Translations under genes and position numbers: made by a program
Assembly: GCA_903929795.1 (NCBI GenBank)
Contig: CAIYWC010000039.1
Coordinates: 9,220 to 73,219, forward strand
DNA: 64,000 nucleotides
Direction: 5' to 3'
Source of the DNA: an uncultured Myxococcales bacterium
GTDB lineage: Bacteria; Myxococcota_A; UBA9042
Notes under the pieces: generated by a model
Told to the model about the DNA's origin: nothing
What the model saw: only the letters and a program-made list of their open reading frames with translations
Databases searched by the model: none
In this document: one piece after another, positions 28,656 to 38,501 of the stretch
Layout: the number at the start of each line of letters is the position of its first letter
How positions within the stretch are numbered: the stretch's first letter is position 1

Positions 28656-31430
28656 ATGAACTTCACCGATCCCCACAGCCTGCTGACCGGCGCGAACCTC
28701 GACTTTGGCGAGGAGCTCTACGCCCGGTTTCAGCAGGATCCGCGCAGTGTTCCCGACGATTGGCGCACGCTTTTCACATTGCTGGACAACGAGCCGCCAG
28801 AGGCGCCGCTGCCGCAGGCGGGCGAGGCGCAGCCGACAACCGGGCTCAGCGTCGCGGCGCGCCAGGAAGCCGTGGACCTGCTGATCCGCGTGTACCGCGT
28901 GCGCGGCCACGTCATCGCGCGTTTGGACCCGCTGCAGACCGAGCAGCTGACGCACCCGGAGCTGGAGCTCGCGGCTTTTGGCCTGTCGGAAGCGGATCTG
29001 GACACCACGTTTTCGGCGCGGACCATGCGCGGTGCGCCGGCGCTGACGCTGCGGCAGATCGTGGCGTCACTGCGGACGACGTATTGTGGCGCGATTGGCG
29101 TGCAATACATGCATATTGACGACCCGGATGTGAAGGATTGGCTGCAGACGCGCATGGAAACATCTCAAAATCACTGCGATTTGACGCGAGACGAGCAGCT
29201 GCGAATCTTCACCAAACTGGTTGACGCCGAGACGTTCGAGAATTTCCTGCAGAAAAAATACGTCGGCGCCAAGCGGTTTTCGCTTGAAGGCGGCGAGTCG
29301 CTGATTCCGCTGCTGGACTTGGCGCTGGAATCGGCGATCGACCACAACATCGACGAGGCGGTCATCGGCATGGCCCACCGCGGTCGGCTGAACGTGCTCG
29401 CGAACATTATGGGCAAGAACCCGCAGCAGATCTTCCGCGAGTTTGACGACGCCGATGCGGACCAGAACATCGGCCGCGGCGACGTAAAATACCACAAAGG
29501 TTACGCGGGGTTGCGCAAAGGCCGCGGCGGTCGTTCCCTCAAGCTGCAGCTGTGCTTCAATCCATCGCACCTGGAATTCGTCGGCCCGGTGGCGACCGGC
29601 CGCGTGCGCGCGCGCCAGGACCGCCTGGGCGACGTGAAGCACGCGCGGGTCATGGGCATCGTCATCCACGGCGACGCGGCTTTTGCCGGCCAGGGCGTCG
29701 TTCAGGAAATGCTCAACATGTCGCAATTACACGGCTATCGTGTCGGCGGCACGCTCCACATCGTCGTCAACAACCAGATCGGCTTTACCACGCCGCCGGA
29801 GTCTTCGCGGTCGTCGCACTACGCGACCGACGTCGCCAAGATGCTGCAGGTGCCGATCTTCCACGTGAACGGCGAGCATCCCGAAGGTGTCGCGCAAGTC
29901 GTGAAATTGGCGATGGATTTTCGCGAGAAATTCCAGCGCGACGTCGTCATCGACATGTACTGCTATCGCCGCCACGGCCACAACGAAGGCGACGACCCGA
30001 CGTTCACGCAACCACTGATGTACAAAGCGATTCGCGCCCGCAAGTCGGTGGTGGAGGGCTATCTGGACGCGCTGTTGGCGCTCGGCGGCATGAACCGCGA
30101 CGAGGCGCGCGAGATCGGCTTTCGCAGCCAGCAGCGGCTGGAGGAAGCGCTGTCGCTGGCGAGGACGGACAAGGCGCCGGACGAGACCGACAACTCGGAT
30201 TCGCCGTGGCACAAGTACGTTGGCGGCGCGGATCGCGACGTGCCGGAAGCGGTCACGGCGCTGTCGGTCAAGCGGCTGGCGGACATCATCGAGGCGCAGT
30301 GCAAGCTGCCGACCGGGTTTACGCCGCACCCGAAGATCGACAAGTTGCTGCAAACGCGGCGGGAAATGGCGCAGGGCCGCAAGGCGCTGGACTGGGGCGG
30401 CGGCGAGCTGGCGGCGTTTGGCTCGCTTGTGGCGGAAGGCCGGCCGGTGCGGCTGTCGGGCCAGGACTCCCAGCGCGGGACTTTTAGCCATCGCCACGCG
30501 GTGTTGCACGACTACGAGACCGGCGCGGAGTTTGTGCCGCTGCACAATCTGGCGACCGATGCGCGGCGCGTGGGCATCTGGGATTCCTCGCTGTCCGAGG
30601 CTGGCGTGCTGGGCTTTGACTACGGCTATTCGCTGGACATGCCCGACGGATTGACGATTTGGGAAGCGCAGTTCGGCGATTTTTCCAACTGCGCGCAGGT
30701 CATCATCGACCAGTTCATCAGCTCGTGCGAGGACAAGTGGAACCGGCTTTCCGGCGTCACGATGCTGCTGCCGCACGGTTTTGAGGGCCAGGGCCCGGAG
30801 CACAGCTCGGCGCGCTTGGAGCGATTCCTGAACAATGCCGCGGAGGACAACTACCAGGTTGTGAACCTGACGACCCCGGCGCAGCTGTTCCACTGCCTGC
30901 GCCGTCAGGTGCTGCGGCGGATCCGCAAGCCGCTGGTCATCATGTCGCCCAAGTCGCTGCTGCGGCATCCCGAGGCGGTGTCGACGCTGGACGATCTCGC
31001 GACCGGCAGCTTCCAACGCGTCATCGGCGATCCGACGGTGGATCCCAAGTCCGCGAAACGCGTGCTGATTTGCACCGGCAAGGTCTATTACGACCTGCTG
31101 GCAGCGCGGCGGGCGCGCAACGCGACGGACGTCGCCATCCTCCGGCTGGAGCAGCTGTACCCGCTGAGCGACGTGGAGCTGCAGGCGGCGCTCAAGCCAT
31201 TTGCCGCGTCGATTCCGGTGTTTTGGGTGCAGGAGGAGCCGCGCAACATGGGCGCGTGGGTGTTTCTGCGCATGCGGCTGGGCAAAAAGCTGTTTGGAAC
31301 GTGGACCTTGCACGGCGTCACACGGCCAGAGAGCGCGAGTCCGGCGACGGGCTCCCACGGCGCGCACAAGCTCGAGCAGGACCGGCTGATGGAAGACGCG
31401 TTTGCGCTGGAAAGCGCCGCGGATTGGTGA
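28656..31430 (+). CDS. sucA: 2-oxoglutarate dehydrogenase E1 component
   Basis: MNFTDPHSLLTGANLDFGEELYARFQQDP... followed by ...RGHVIARLDPL, AIDHNIDEAVIGMAHRGRLNVLANIMGK and HGDAAFAGQGVVQE. Full-length E1o of 924 aa. The first 430 codons of ORF 27366..31430 are antisense to glk and not coding. Confidence 0.95.
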   Translation: MNFTDPHSLLTGANLDFGEELYARFQQDPRSVPDDWRTLFTLLDNEPPEAPLPQAGEAQPTTGLSVAARQEAVDLLIRVYRVRGHVIARLDPLQTEQLTHPELELAAFGLSEADLDTTFSARTMRGAPALTLRQIVASLRTTYCGAIGVQYMHIDDPDVKDWLQTRMETSQNHCDLTRDEQLRIFTKLVDAETFENFLQKKYVGAKRFSLEGGESLIPLLDLALESAIDHNIDEAVIGMAHRGRLNVLANIMGKNPQQIFREFDDADADQNIGRGDVKYHKGYAGLRKGRGGRSLKLQLCFNPSHLEFVGPVATGRVRARQDRLGDVKHARVMGIVIHGDAAFAGQGVVQEMLNMSQLHGYRVGGTLHIVVNNQIGFTTPPESSRSSHYATDVAKMLQVPIFHVNGEHPEGVAQVVKLAMDFREKFQRDVVIDMYCYRRHGHNEGDDPTFTQPLMYKAIRARKSVVEGYLDALLALGGMNRDEAREIGFRSQQRLEEALSLARTDKAPDETDNSDSPWHKYVGGADRDVPEAVTALSVKRLADIIEAQCKLPTGFTPHPKIDKLLQTRREMAQGRKALDWGGGELAAFGSLVAEGRPVRLSGQDSQRGTFSHRHAVLHDYETGAEFVPLHNLATDARRVGIWDSSLSEAGVLGFDYGYSLDMPDGLTIWEAQFGDFSNCAQVIIDQFISSCEDKWNRLSGVTMLLPHGFEGQGPEHSSARLERFLNNAAEDNYQVVNLTTPAQLFHCLRRQVLRRIRKPLVIMSPKSLLRHPEAVSTLDDLATGSFQRVIGDPTVDPKSAKRVLICTGKVYYDLLAARRARNATDVAILRLEQLYPLSDVELQAALKPFAASIPVFWVQEEPRNMGAWVFLRMRLGKKLFGTWTLHGVTRPESASPATGSHGAHKLEQDRLMEDAFALESAADW

Positions 31431-31475
31431 GAAGTCCAGGATTTCTGGCAGTTTTTCGTGCAGGAAGGGCAATTC

Positions 31476-32714
31476 ATGGCAGTCAACATCAAAGTGCCGA
31501 CGGTGGGCGAATCGATCACGGAAGTGGTGATTGGCGAGTGGCTCAAGGCGCCCGGCACGTGGGTTGCGCAAGACGAGAGCGTCGTGTCGCTGGAGACGGA
31601 CAAGGTCAACGTGGAGGTGCCGGCGCCGGTCGCGGGCATCCTGGGCCAGCCGTTGAAGCAAAAAGGCGAGACGGCTGCGATCGGCGATATCCTCGCAACA
31701 ATTGAGGAAAGCGCGCAGCCCACGGCCGCAGCTCCCGTGGCAGCGCCGGTGCCGCCAACCGCATCAGTGCCTGCGGCGGAGACCATCGTCATGCCGGCCG
31801 CGCGGCGGGTGCTCGCGGAAGCGGGCGTGGATGCACTGCTGGCGCGCGCGACCGGTCCGGGCGGCCGCGTGCTGAAGGAAGATGCCCAAAAGGCCGTCAA
31901 GCTCTCGGAAGGCAAGGAGATTCCGCTCGTTTACGCCGCGCCGCCGACGCCCGCGCTGCCCGCTGCCGCCAAGTCTGCGCCACCGCTTGCCGTAGCGCCG
32001 CCCGCGCCTGGCGATCGCCCGGTCGAGATCGTGCCGATGACGCCGCTGCGGCGTCGCGTGGCGGAGCGCCTGGTCCAGGCCCAGCACACCGCGGCAATCC
32101 TGACGACTTTCAATGAGGTCGACATGACGGCCATCCAGGAGCTGCGCAAGAAGCACCAGGAGTCGTTCGTCGCCAAACACGGCATCAAGCTCGGCTTCAT
32201 GAGCTTCTTCATCAAGGCCTCGGTCGCCGCGCTGAAGGAATTTCCCGGCGTAAACGCGCAGTTGCGCGGCACTGACATCGTGTACCAGCGATTCTACGAC
32301 ATCGGCGTCGCAGTCGGCGGCGGCAAGGGCCTTGTCGTGCCGATCCTGCGCGATGTCGACAAGCTCGGTCTGGCACAAATCGAGAAGAGTCTCGCGGACT
32401 TCGGCGCGCGCGCCAAGGCTGGCACGCTCAAGCTGGAAGAGCTGACCGGCGGCACCTTTTCGATCTCGAACGGCGGCGTGTACGGCTCCATGATGTCGAC
32501 GCCGATCCTGAATCCGCCGCAGTCGGCGATTTTGGGCATGCACAACATCATCGAGCGGCCGATTGGCCTGAATGGTCAAGTGGTTCTGCGGCCGATGATG
32601 TACCTCGCGTTGAGCTACGACCACCGGCTGATTGACGGCCGCGAGGCGGTGAGCTTCCTTGTCAGCCTCAAGCGCACGTTGGAGGCGCCCGAGCGCCTGC
32701 TTCTGGATATCTAG
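31476..32714 (+). CDS. sucB: Dihydrolipoyllysine-residue succinyltransferase (E2 of the 2-oxoglutarate dehydrogenase complex)
   Basis: Lipoyl domain [22 protein letters not shown]...[16 protein letters not shown]-terminal catalytic domain ...[32 protein letters not shown]...[10 protein letters not shown] ggaaggg before the ATG at 31476. Confidence 0.9.
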   Translation: MAVNIKVPTVGESITEVVIGEWLKAPGTWVAQDESVVSLETDKVNVEVPAPVAGILGQPLKQKGETAAIGDILATIEESAQPTAAAPVAAPVPPTASVPAAETIVMPAARRVLAEAGVDALLARATGPGGRVLKEDAQKAVKLSEGKEIPLVYAAPPTPALPAAAKSAPPLAVAPPAPGDRPVEIVPMTPLRRRVAERLVQAQHTAAILTTFNEVDMTAIQELRKKHQESFVAKHGIKLGFMSFFIKASVAALKEFPGVNAQLRGTDIVYQRFYDIGVAVGGGKGLVVPILRDVDKLGLAQIEKSLADFGARAKAGTLKLEELTGGTFSISNGGVYGSMMSTPILNPPQSAILGMHNIIERPIGLNGQVVLRPMMYLALSYDHRLIDGREAVSFLVSLKRTLEAPERLLLDI

Positions 32715-32825
32715 AAGCACAAAGGGCCGTTGCACCGCGGCGTGGCACCAGAGGTGCTCGCTCGCGCGCCAGTCCGAAATGCAACAGGTCTGAGGCGCAT
32801 TTTCTCAACACAAAAGGAAAGCAAG

Positions 32826-34223
32826 ATGGCGGAGTTACAGACGTTCGACGTGATCTTCATCGGCGGCGGACCTGCCGGCTATACCGGGGCGATTCGCGCG
32901 GCACAGCTGGGCCAAACCGTGGCCTGCGTGGAGCTGGAGCCGCGGCTGGGCGGCACGTGCCTGCGTGTCGGCTGTATCCCGTCCAAGGCGCTCCTGGAGT
33001 CGAGCGACAAGTTTGCTGAGACCAAGAATGCGCTGAAAAAACATGGGATTGTTGTAGAAAACGTCACGTTGGACCTCGCGGCGATGCAAAAGCGCAAGGA
33101 GACCATCGTCACGCAGCTGACCGGCGGCATCGCGGGGCTGTTCAAGAAGAACAAAATCACGCGGTTGCTGGGCCAGGGTCGGCTGGATGGCGCGCAGCGC
33201 GTGGTCGTCAAGGCGGCGGACGGGACGGAGACGGCGATCACCGGCAAGCACATTGTCCTGGCGACGGGCTCGGTCGTGACGCCGCTGGCCGGCGTGGAGT
33301 TGGACGGCGACCGGATCGGCACGTCGACCGAGGCGCTGGCGTGGGCGGAGGTGCCGGAGCACCTGGTGGTCATCGGCGGCGGCGTGATCGGCCTGGAGCT
33401 GGGCAGCGTCTGGCTGCGCCTGGGCGCGAAAGTCACGGTGCTGGAGTACGCGGACCGCATCCTGGCGGGCACGGACCTGGAGGTCGCGAACGCGGCGCAA
33501 AAGCTGTTCAAGCGCCAGGGCATGGACTTCAAGCTGGGCGTGCGCGTCACGGGCGCCAAACGCGACGGCAAGGACATCGCGGTGACGGTTGCCGGGGCCG
33601 AGCCCATTCGCTGCAGCCACGTGCTGTTGGCCGTCGGTCGCAAGCCGAACACTCAGGGTCTGGCCTTGGAATCGCTTGGAATTACAACGGATTCGCGCGG
33701 ACAAATTCCGGTGGACGACCACTTCCGGACCACGGCGCCGGGTATCTACGCCGTCGGCGACGTCATCCACGGTCCGATGCTGGCCCACAAGGCTGAGGAA
33801 GACGCGGTGGCGTGCATCGAGCAAATCGTCCATGGTTACGGGCATGTGGATTACAATCTGGTGCCAGGCGTCGTGTACACGGAGCCCGAGATCGCGACCG
33901 TGGGCAAGAGCGAGGAAGACCTGAAGGCAGCGCAAGTCAGCTACCGCAAAGGCAGTTTCCCGTTTGCCGCAAACGGCCGGGCGATCGCGCTGGGCCACAC
34001 TGACGGCTTCGTGAAGATCCTGGCCGACGCGCAGACCGATCGCGTGCTCGGGTGCGCGATCATCGGCCCGCGCGCCGGGGATCTGATCGCGGAAGTGGCC
34101 GCCGCGATGGCATTTGGCGCGTCGAGCGAGGACATTGCGCGAACCTGCCACGCCCATCCGACGCTGGCGGAAGTCGTGAAGGAAGCGGCGCTGGCGGTCG
34201 ATGGCCGCGCGGTGAACATCTGA
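32826..34223 (+). CDS. lpdA: Dihydrolipoyl dehydrogenase (E3)
   Basis: MAELQTFDVIFIGGGPAGYTGAIRAAQLGQTVACVE...GGTCLRVGCIPSKALL (redox disulfide)...HAHPTLAEVVKEAALA. Confidence 0.95.
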   Translation: MAELQTFDVIFIGGGPAGYTGAIRAAQLGQTVACVELEPRLGGTCLRVGCIPSKALLESSDKFAETKNALKKHGIVVENVTLDLAAMQKRKETIVTQLTGGIAGLFKKNKITRLLGQGRLDGAQRVVVKAADGTETAITGKHIVLATGSVVTPLAGVELDGDRIGTSTEALAWAEVPEHLVVIGGGVIGLELGSVWLRLGAKVTVLEYADRILAGTDLEVANAAQKLFKRQGMDFKLGVRVTGAKRDGKDIAVTVAGAEPIRCSHVLLAVGRKPNTQGLALESLGITTDSRGQIPVDDHFRTTAPGIYAVGDVIHGPMLAHKAEEDAVACIEQIVHGYGHVDYNLVPGVVYTEPEIATVGKSEEDLKAAQVSYRKGSFPFAANGRAIALGHTDGFVKILADAQTDRVLGCAIIGPRAGDLIAEVAAAMAFGASSEDIARTCHAHPTLAEVVKEAALAVDGRAVNI

Positions 34224-34261
34224 GAATCAGGCTTGCGGTCCGATGCCAAATCGGGCCGGTC

Positions 34262-34285
34262 CGCGCGCGTCGTCCCACGCGCGCT
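34262..34285 (+). terminator. GC-rich hairpin (7-bp stem gcgcgcg/cgcgcgc, loop tcgtccca) downstream of lpdA; candidate terminator without a strong U-tract
   Basis: Inverted repeat seen directly, 40 nt after the lpdA stop. Confidence 0.3.
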
Positions 34286-34330
34286 TGGCAGCGAGCCCGC
34301 TGTGCGCGATGATGCCGGCGCGAGGTCGCT

Positions 34331-35449
34331 GTGAAAACTTGGCTCATCTTGGGAATCTGGTTGGCGGGCTGCAGCGGCGGACAGGTCGCACCCGACCCCG
34401 AAACGCCCGCCGGCATGCAAACGCTGTGCGACCTGGGCGACGGACCATCGTGCGCGCGCCTCGGCTTGAAGCTCTACCGCGGCGACGGCGTGCCGACCGA
34501 CCTCTCGCGCGCAGCGGAACTGCTCGAGCGCGGCTGCTCCAGCGGCCAAGTCTACGCGTGCGGCGAGCTGGGCAACATGATCCGCCACGGCGAAGGCACC
34601 AAGAAGGACACGAGCCGCGCGGCGGTCCTCCTGAAGGGCGCCTGCACATCTGGCCACATGCCCAGCTGCACGCGCGCGGGCATCTTGCTGGAAACCGGCG
34701 ACGGCGTGCCTGTCGACCAAGTAAAAGCCGCGCAATTCTACCAATTTGCCTGCAACGACGGCGACATGCGGGCGTGCAGCAACCTGGCCGGGCTGTTCTC
34801 GGAAGGCAAAGCCATCGCGCATGACGACCGCCGCGCCGCGCAGCTGTGGACCCAGGCCTGCGACATGAACTACGGCCCAGCGTGCGCGTCGCTCGGCAGC
34901 ATCTACGAGCGCGGGGTCGGCGTGGAGCAATCCGACACCAAAGCCGCCGCCGCGTATAACAAATCGTGCGAGACGCTGGGCACGGGCTCAGGCTGCTTTC
35001 TGCTGGGCCTCGCGGCCGATCGCGGCATGGGCGCCCAGCCGGACCACCAGCGCGCGCTGCAGTTTTTCGAACGCGCCTGTGAAAAGAGTCACGCAATTGG
35101 CTGTCATTACGCGGCTTTGGCTTACGAACAGGGACGTGGCACCAGCACTAATGACGCCAAATCGCTTGGTTTGTATGAAAAATCTTGTGATTTGGGCCAC
35201 GCACCGGCCTGCCAGCACGCCGCAGAAGTCTATGCGGCCGGCAAGGCGACGCCGTTCGCCAACAGCTGGCATCTGTTGGACAAAGCTTGCACGGCCAAGG
35301 CCTGGATCGCGTGTGTCAAGCTGGGGACGGCGCTGCACGCGGGCGATCGCGACCTTCCCGCCGATCCAGCTCGCGGTCAGGCTCTGCTGGAAAAAGCGTG
35401 CGACGCGGGCGAGAAGCTCGGCTGCGCTGGCGCAAACCCCAAGCCGTAG
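34331..35449 (+). CDS. Sel1-repeat (TPR-like, HcpA-type) lipoprotein
   Basis: MKTWLILGIWLAGCSGG lipobox. About 9 repeats of ...A..(L/F)...AC..G...C..LG.(Y/L)...G.GV..D...A..., the Sel1 Cys-pair pattern. Start coordinate taken from the ORF track (GTG). Confidence 0.75.
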   Translation: MKTWLILGIWLAGCSGGQVAPDPETPAGMQTLCDLGDGPSCARLGLKLYRGDGVPTDLSRAAELLERGCSSGQVYACGELGNMIRHGEGTKKDTSRAAVLLKGACTSGHMPSCTRAGILLETGDGVPVDQVKAAQFYQFACNDGDMRACSNLAGLFSEGKAIAHDDRRAAQLWTQACDMNYGPACASLGSIYERGVGVEQSDTKAAAAYNKSCETLGTGSGCFLLGLAADRGMGAQPDHQRALQFFERACEKSHAIGCHYAALAYEQGRGTSTNDAKSLGLYEKSCDLGHAPACQHAAEVYAAGKATPFANSWHLLDKACTAKAWIACVKLGTALHAGDRDLPADPARGQALLEKACDAGEKLGCAGANPKP

Positions 35450-35582
35450 CTGCAAACGCCCTTGACGCGAAGCACGCGGCGGTCAACAGTCGCGACTGAG
35501 CGGCCTTGCGCCCCGCGCCCATGGGTACCCGCGGCGCACGGCCGAGCCCAGCCCCTGCCGAAAATGCGCCGTCTGAGGTGAG

Positions 35583-37298
35583 ATGCCCGCGTCCGCTGAG
35601 AATCGCTACTGCCCGCGCTGTGGCCTCGCCACGCTGGACGCGCACTGTCCGCGCGACGGGACGGCGACCATCGCGCGGACGACGATCGACCTGAACGCCA
35701 TGCAGTTTCGTCCTGGCGACGTGCTGGCGTCGCGCTACCGCATCGTCAAGCTGCTGGGGCGTGGCGGCTATGGCGCTGTATTTGCGGCAGAACATACCGG
35801 GACTGGCCAGCCGGTGGCGCTCAAGCTCCTGGCGTCGGATCCCGGCCAGGGCGGCGATGAGAACCAGCGGCGATTCTTTCGCGAGGCGGCGATCACCGCG
35901 CAGCTGCGGCATCCGAATACCGTGCGCGTCCACGATTTTGGCCAGGCGGAGAACGGCGCCCTGTTCATGGCGCTGGAGCTCATCGACGGGCCGACGCTGG
36001 CGCAAAAACAGCGTGAATTCAGCGGTCGCGGCAAAGCAATGCCGGAGGTGGCGGCGATCGACATGGCGATTGCCGTGCTGCGGTCCTTGGGTGAGGCGCA
36101 CAACGCGCAGCTTGTGCACCGCGACTTGAAGCCGGCAAACATCATGTACGCGGCGGTGCCGGGCGAAGAACCGGTCGTCAAAGTGCTGGATTTCGGCATC
36201 GTGCGGGCGCGCGACTCGTCGCTGACGGCAAGCGGGACGGCGCTCGGCACGCCGGAATACATGAGCCCGGAGCAATGCAGCGGTGAGCCGATGGATGGTC
36301 GTAGTGACTTGTATTCATTGGGTATTATTCTGTTCGAGTGCGTGACGGGGCGACTGCCGTTTGTCGATGAGAATCCGCTGCGGGTGATGATGATGCAGCT
36401 GTCGTCGCCGCCGCCGGACGTGAAGCTGTTTGCGCGAACGCCGGTTTCCGATGGCTTTGTCGACATCGTCATGAGTGTGCTGGCCAAGAACCCCAACGAG
36501 CGTTTTGCCGACGCGCGCGAAATGCGGGCGGCGCTGGAGGCGGCGCGGCCGACGTCGGTGTCGCTGGCGCACGCCGGGCCTGCGTCGGAGTTGGTGCAGA
36601 CCTCAGCGGCCAAGCGGCCGGCGAGCGATGCGATCCAGCCGGGGACGCCGGCGACGGGCGCGGGCACGACCGTGCGGGCGCGGGACGCGGGGTCGGCGAC
36701 GCAAGCCCATGCCGTGGCACCGACGGCCGCACGGACGACGGCTCAAGCGTCGCGGGTGCCCGCGTGGTTCGCCAGCCGGGAGTTGCGGATCGCCGCGGCG
36801 GGTGCGGGTGGCGTGCTGCTGCTCCTCGGGATTTTTGCCGGTGGGTATTTCTTCGACGTCCACAAGGACGCGCCGCCGCCAAGCCCGCCGGCGGATTCCG
36901 CGACGGATGTGGCCGAGGAGGCGCTGGAGCCCGTGGCGGCGCCGCCCAAACAGCGATTTGTGCCCGCGCCGGGCGGCAAGTCCGTCCGCGACGCCACGAC
37001 CCGGCTGACCTGGCAGCGCGACGTCCCCGCGCAGGCACAGACGCAAGCGCAGGCGAACCACTACTGCGGCGCGCTGGCTCTGGACGGTCGCGGCTGGCGT
37101 TTGCCGAAGAAAGACGAGCTGTTAGGGCTCGCTGAGGCGATCAGTGCCGAAGCCTTTCCCGACGCGCCCACCGCCTGGTTCTGGACCGACTCGCCCTACC
37201 AAGGCTCGGCCACAAACGCCTACGGCGTCGATTTCGACAGCAGCCGCGCCGGCCCTTACGACGTCACGACGCTGGGCCGCGTGCGCTGCGTGCGCTAG
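35583..37298 (+). CDS. Ser/Thr protein kinase with N-terminal Cys4 zinc-ribbon-like motif, TM segment and extracytoplasmic C-terminal DUF1566 (Lcl C-terminal) domain
   Basis: CPRCGLATLDAHCPRDG. Kinase core LGRGGYGAVFAAEH...VALKLL...HRDLKPANIMY...DFGIVRA...GTPEYMSPEQ. TM segment AAAGAGGVLLLLGIFAGGYFF. C-terminus ...TTRLTWQRD...ANHYCGALALDGRGWRLPKKDELLGL...AWFWTDSPYQG...GVDFDSSRAGPYDVTTLGRVRCVR is the DUF1566 pattern. Confidence 0.85.
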   Translation: MPASAENRYCPRCGLATLDAHCPRDGTATIARTTIDLNAMQFRPGDVLASRYRIVKLLGRGGYGAVFAAEHTGTGQPVALKLLASDPGQGGDENQRRFFREAAITAQLRHPNTVRVHDFGQAENGALFMALELIDGPTLAQKQREFSGRGKAMPEVAAIDMAIAVLRSLGEAHNAQLVHRDLKPANIMYAAVPGEEPVVKVLDFGIVRARDSSLTASGTALGTPEYMSPEQCSGEPMDGRSDLYSLGIILFECVTGRLPFVDENPLRVMMMQLSSPPPDVKLFARTPVSDGFVDIVMSVLAKNPNERFADAREMRAALEAARPTSVSLAHAGPASELVQTSAAKRPASDAIQPGTPATGAGTTVRARDAGSATQAHAVAPTAARTTAQASRVPAWFASRELRIAAAGAGGVLLLLGIFAGGYFFDVHKDAPPPSPPADSATDVAEEALEPVAAPPKQRFVPAPGGKSVRDATTRLTWQRDVPAQAQTQAQANHYCGALALDGRGWRLPKKDELLGLAEAISAEAFPDAPTAWFWTDSPYQGSATNAYGVDFDSSRAGPYDVTTLGRVRCVR

Positions 37299-37312
37299 GC
37301 AATCGTCTGTAA

Positions 37313-38347
37313 CTACAGCGTAAAAAACGGGTCCCAGATGTCCAGGTACTGCGCCGCGTCGCCCAGCTTCATCGCGCGCAGCGCCCCCGGCGGCTCGTCG
37401 ACGACAATCTCCCCGGCCATCGCTTGCAGGCACGCCAGCACGCCGTCGTGCAGCGCCGTCAGCTGGTAGCCGCCCTCCAGCACGAACACGATGCGACCGC
37501 CACACAGCAAATCCGCGGCGTTGCACAGGTGGCCGGCGATGCGCGCAAAGCCAGCCGTCGTGACATCCATTGCGCCCAGCGGATCGGTGCTCGCGATGTC
37601 GAAGCCTGCGGAAACAAGGATGAGTTCGGGGTGAAAGCGCTCCAGGATCCGCGCGATCAAGCCGCCGTAGATCGCGTTGTACTCGACGTCGCCGTGGCCC
37701 GCGCTGAGCGGAATGTTGACGTTGCGGCCGCGGCCCAGGCCTTCGCCGATCTCGGTTGCCGCGCCGGAACCCGGATACAGCGGCCACTGGTGGGTCGAGA
37801 TGTAGAGCACGGCCGGATCGCGCCAGAATGCCGCCTGTGTGCCGTTGCCGTGGTGGACGTCAAAGTCGACGATCGCCACGCGCCGCAGCCCCAGCGCCTG
37901 CTGCGCGTGCCGGGCGGCGATCGCCACGTTGTTCAGCAGGCAAAACCCCATCGCCCGGTCCGGCTCGGCGTGGTGACCGGGCGGCCGAACCGCCGCGAAG
38001 GCCCGTTGGACCGGCGACCGAAGCACCGATTCGGTCGCCGCCAGCACACAGCCCGCCCCCCGAATCGCCGCGCGCACGGAATCCGGCGAGGCAACGGTAT
38101 CCGCGTCCAGGCGCACGTGCTGGCCAGAAATCGCGTGTAAATACGCGAGGTAATCGGCCGTGTGCACGCGCGTGATCTCGGCATCGGTCGCATCGCGCGG
38201 CACGAGCGACTGCAGCGCCAGCGCATCCACGGCCGGCGAGTGCACGAGCTGCATCAGCGTTTGGAGCCGCTGCGGGCTCTCCGGATGGTCGGGGCCGGGC
38301 TTGTGCTCCAGACAGAGCGCATCGTGGATGAAGGAAATCGGGCGCAT
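37313..38347 (-). CDS. Histone deacetylase-family protein (AcuC/HDAH-like)
   Basis: ...RPPGHHAEPDRAMGFCLLNNVAIAARHA...VAIVDFDVHHGNGTQAAF...YISTHQWPLYPGSG... are canonical HDAC class motifs. Confidence 0.85.
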   Translation of the reverse strand: MRPISFIHDALCLEHKPGPDHPESPQRLQTLMQLVHSPAVDALALQSLVPRDATDAEITRVHTADYLAYLHAISGQHVRLDADTVASPDSVRAAIRGAGCVLAATESVLRSPVQRAFAAVRPPGHHAEPDRAMGFCLLNNVAIAARHAQQALGLRRVAIVDFDVHHGNGTQAAFWRDPAVLYISTHQWPLYPGSGAATEIGEGLGRGRNVNIPLSAGHGDVEYNAIYGGLIARILERFHPELILVSAGFDIASTDPLGAMDVTTAGFARIAGHLCNAADLLCGGRIVFVLEGGYQLTALHDGVLACLQAMAGEIVVDEPPGALRAMKLGDAAQYLDIWDPFFTL

Positions 38348-38501
38348 CGCCACCTCCGCACGCAAAGTAGGTCAGCCGCCGCGCCCGCGCCAGATGCGGA
38401 CGCCCCTTCCCGTCCGCCTGGCAGTTGCCGTCGGGCTGTTGCCGCGCCGGGCGGTCTCAGGCAACCTCGCGCTATCGGGCCATCGCCCAGGTTCAGCCGC
38501 C

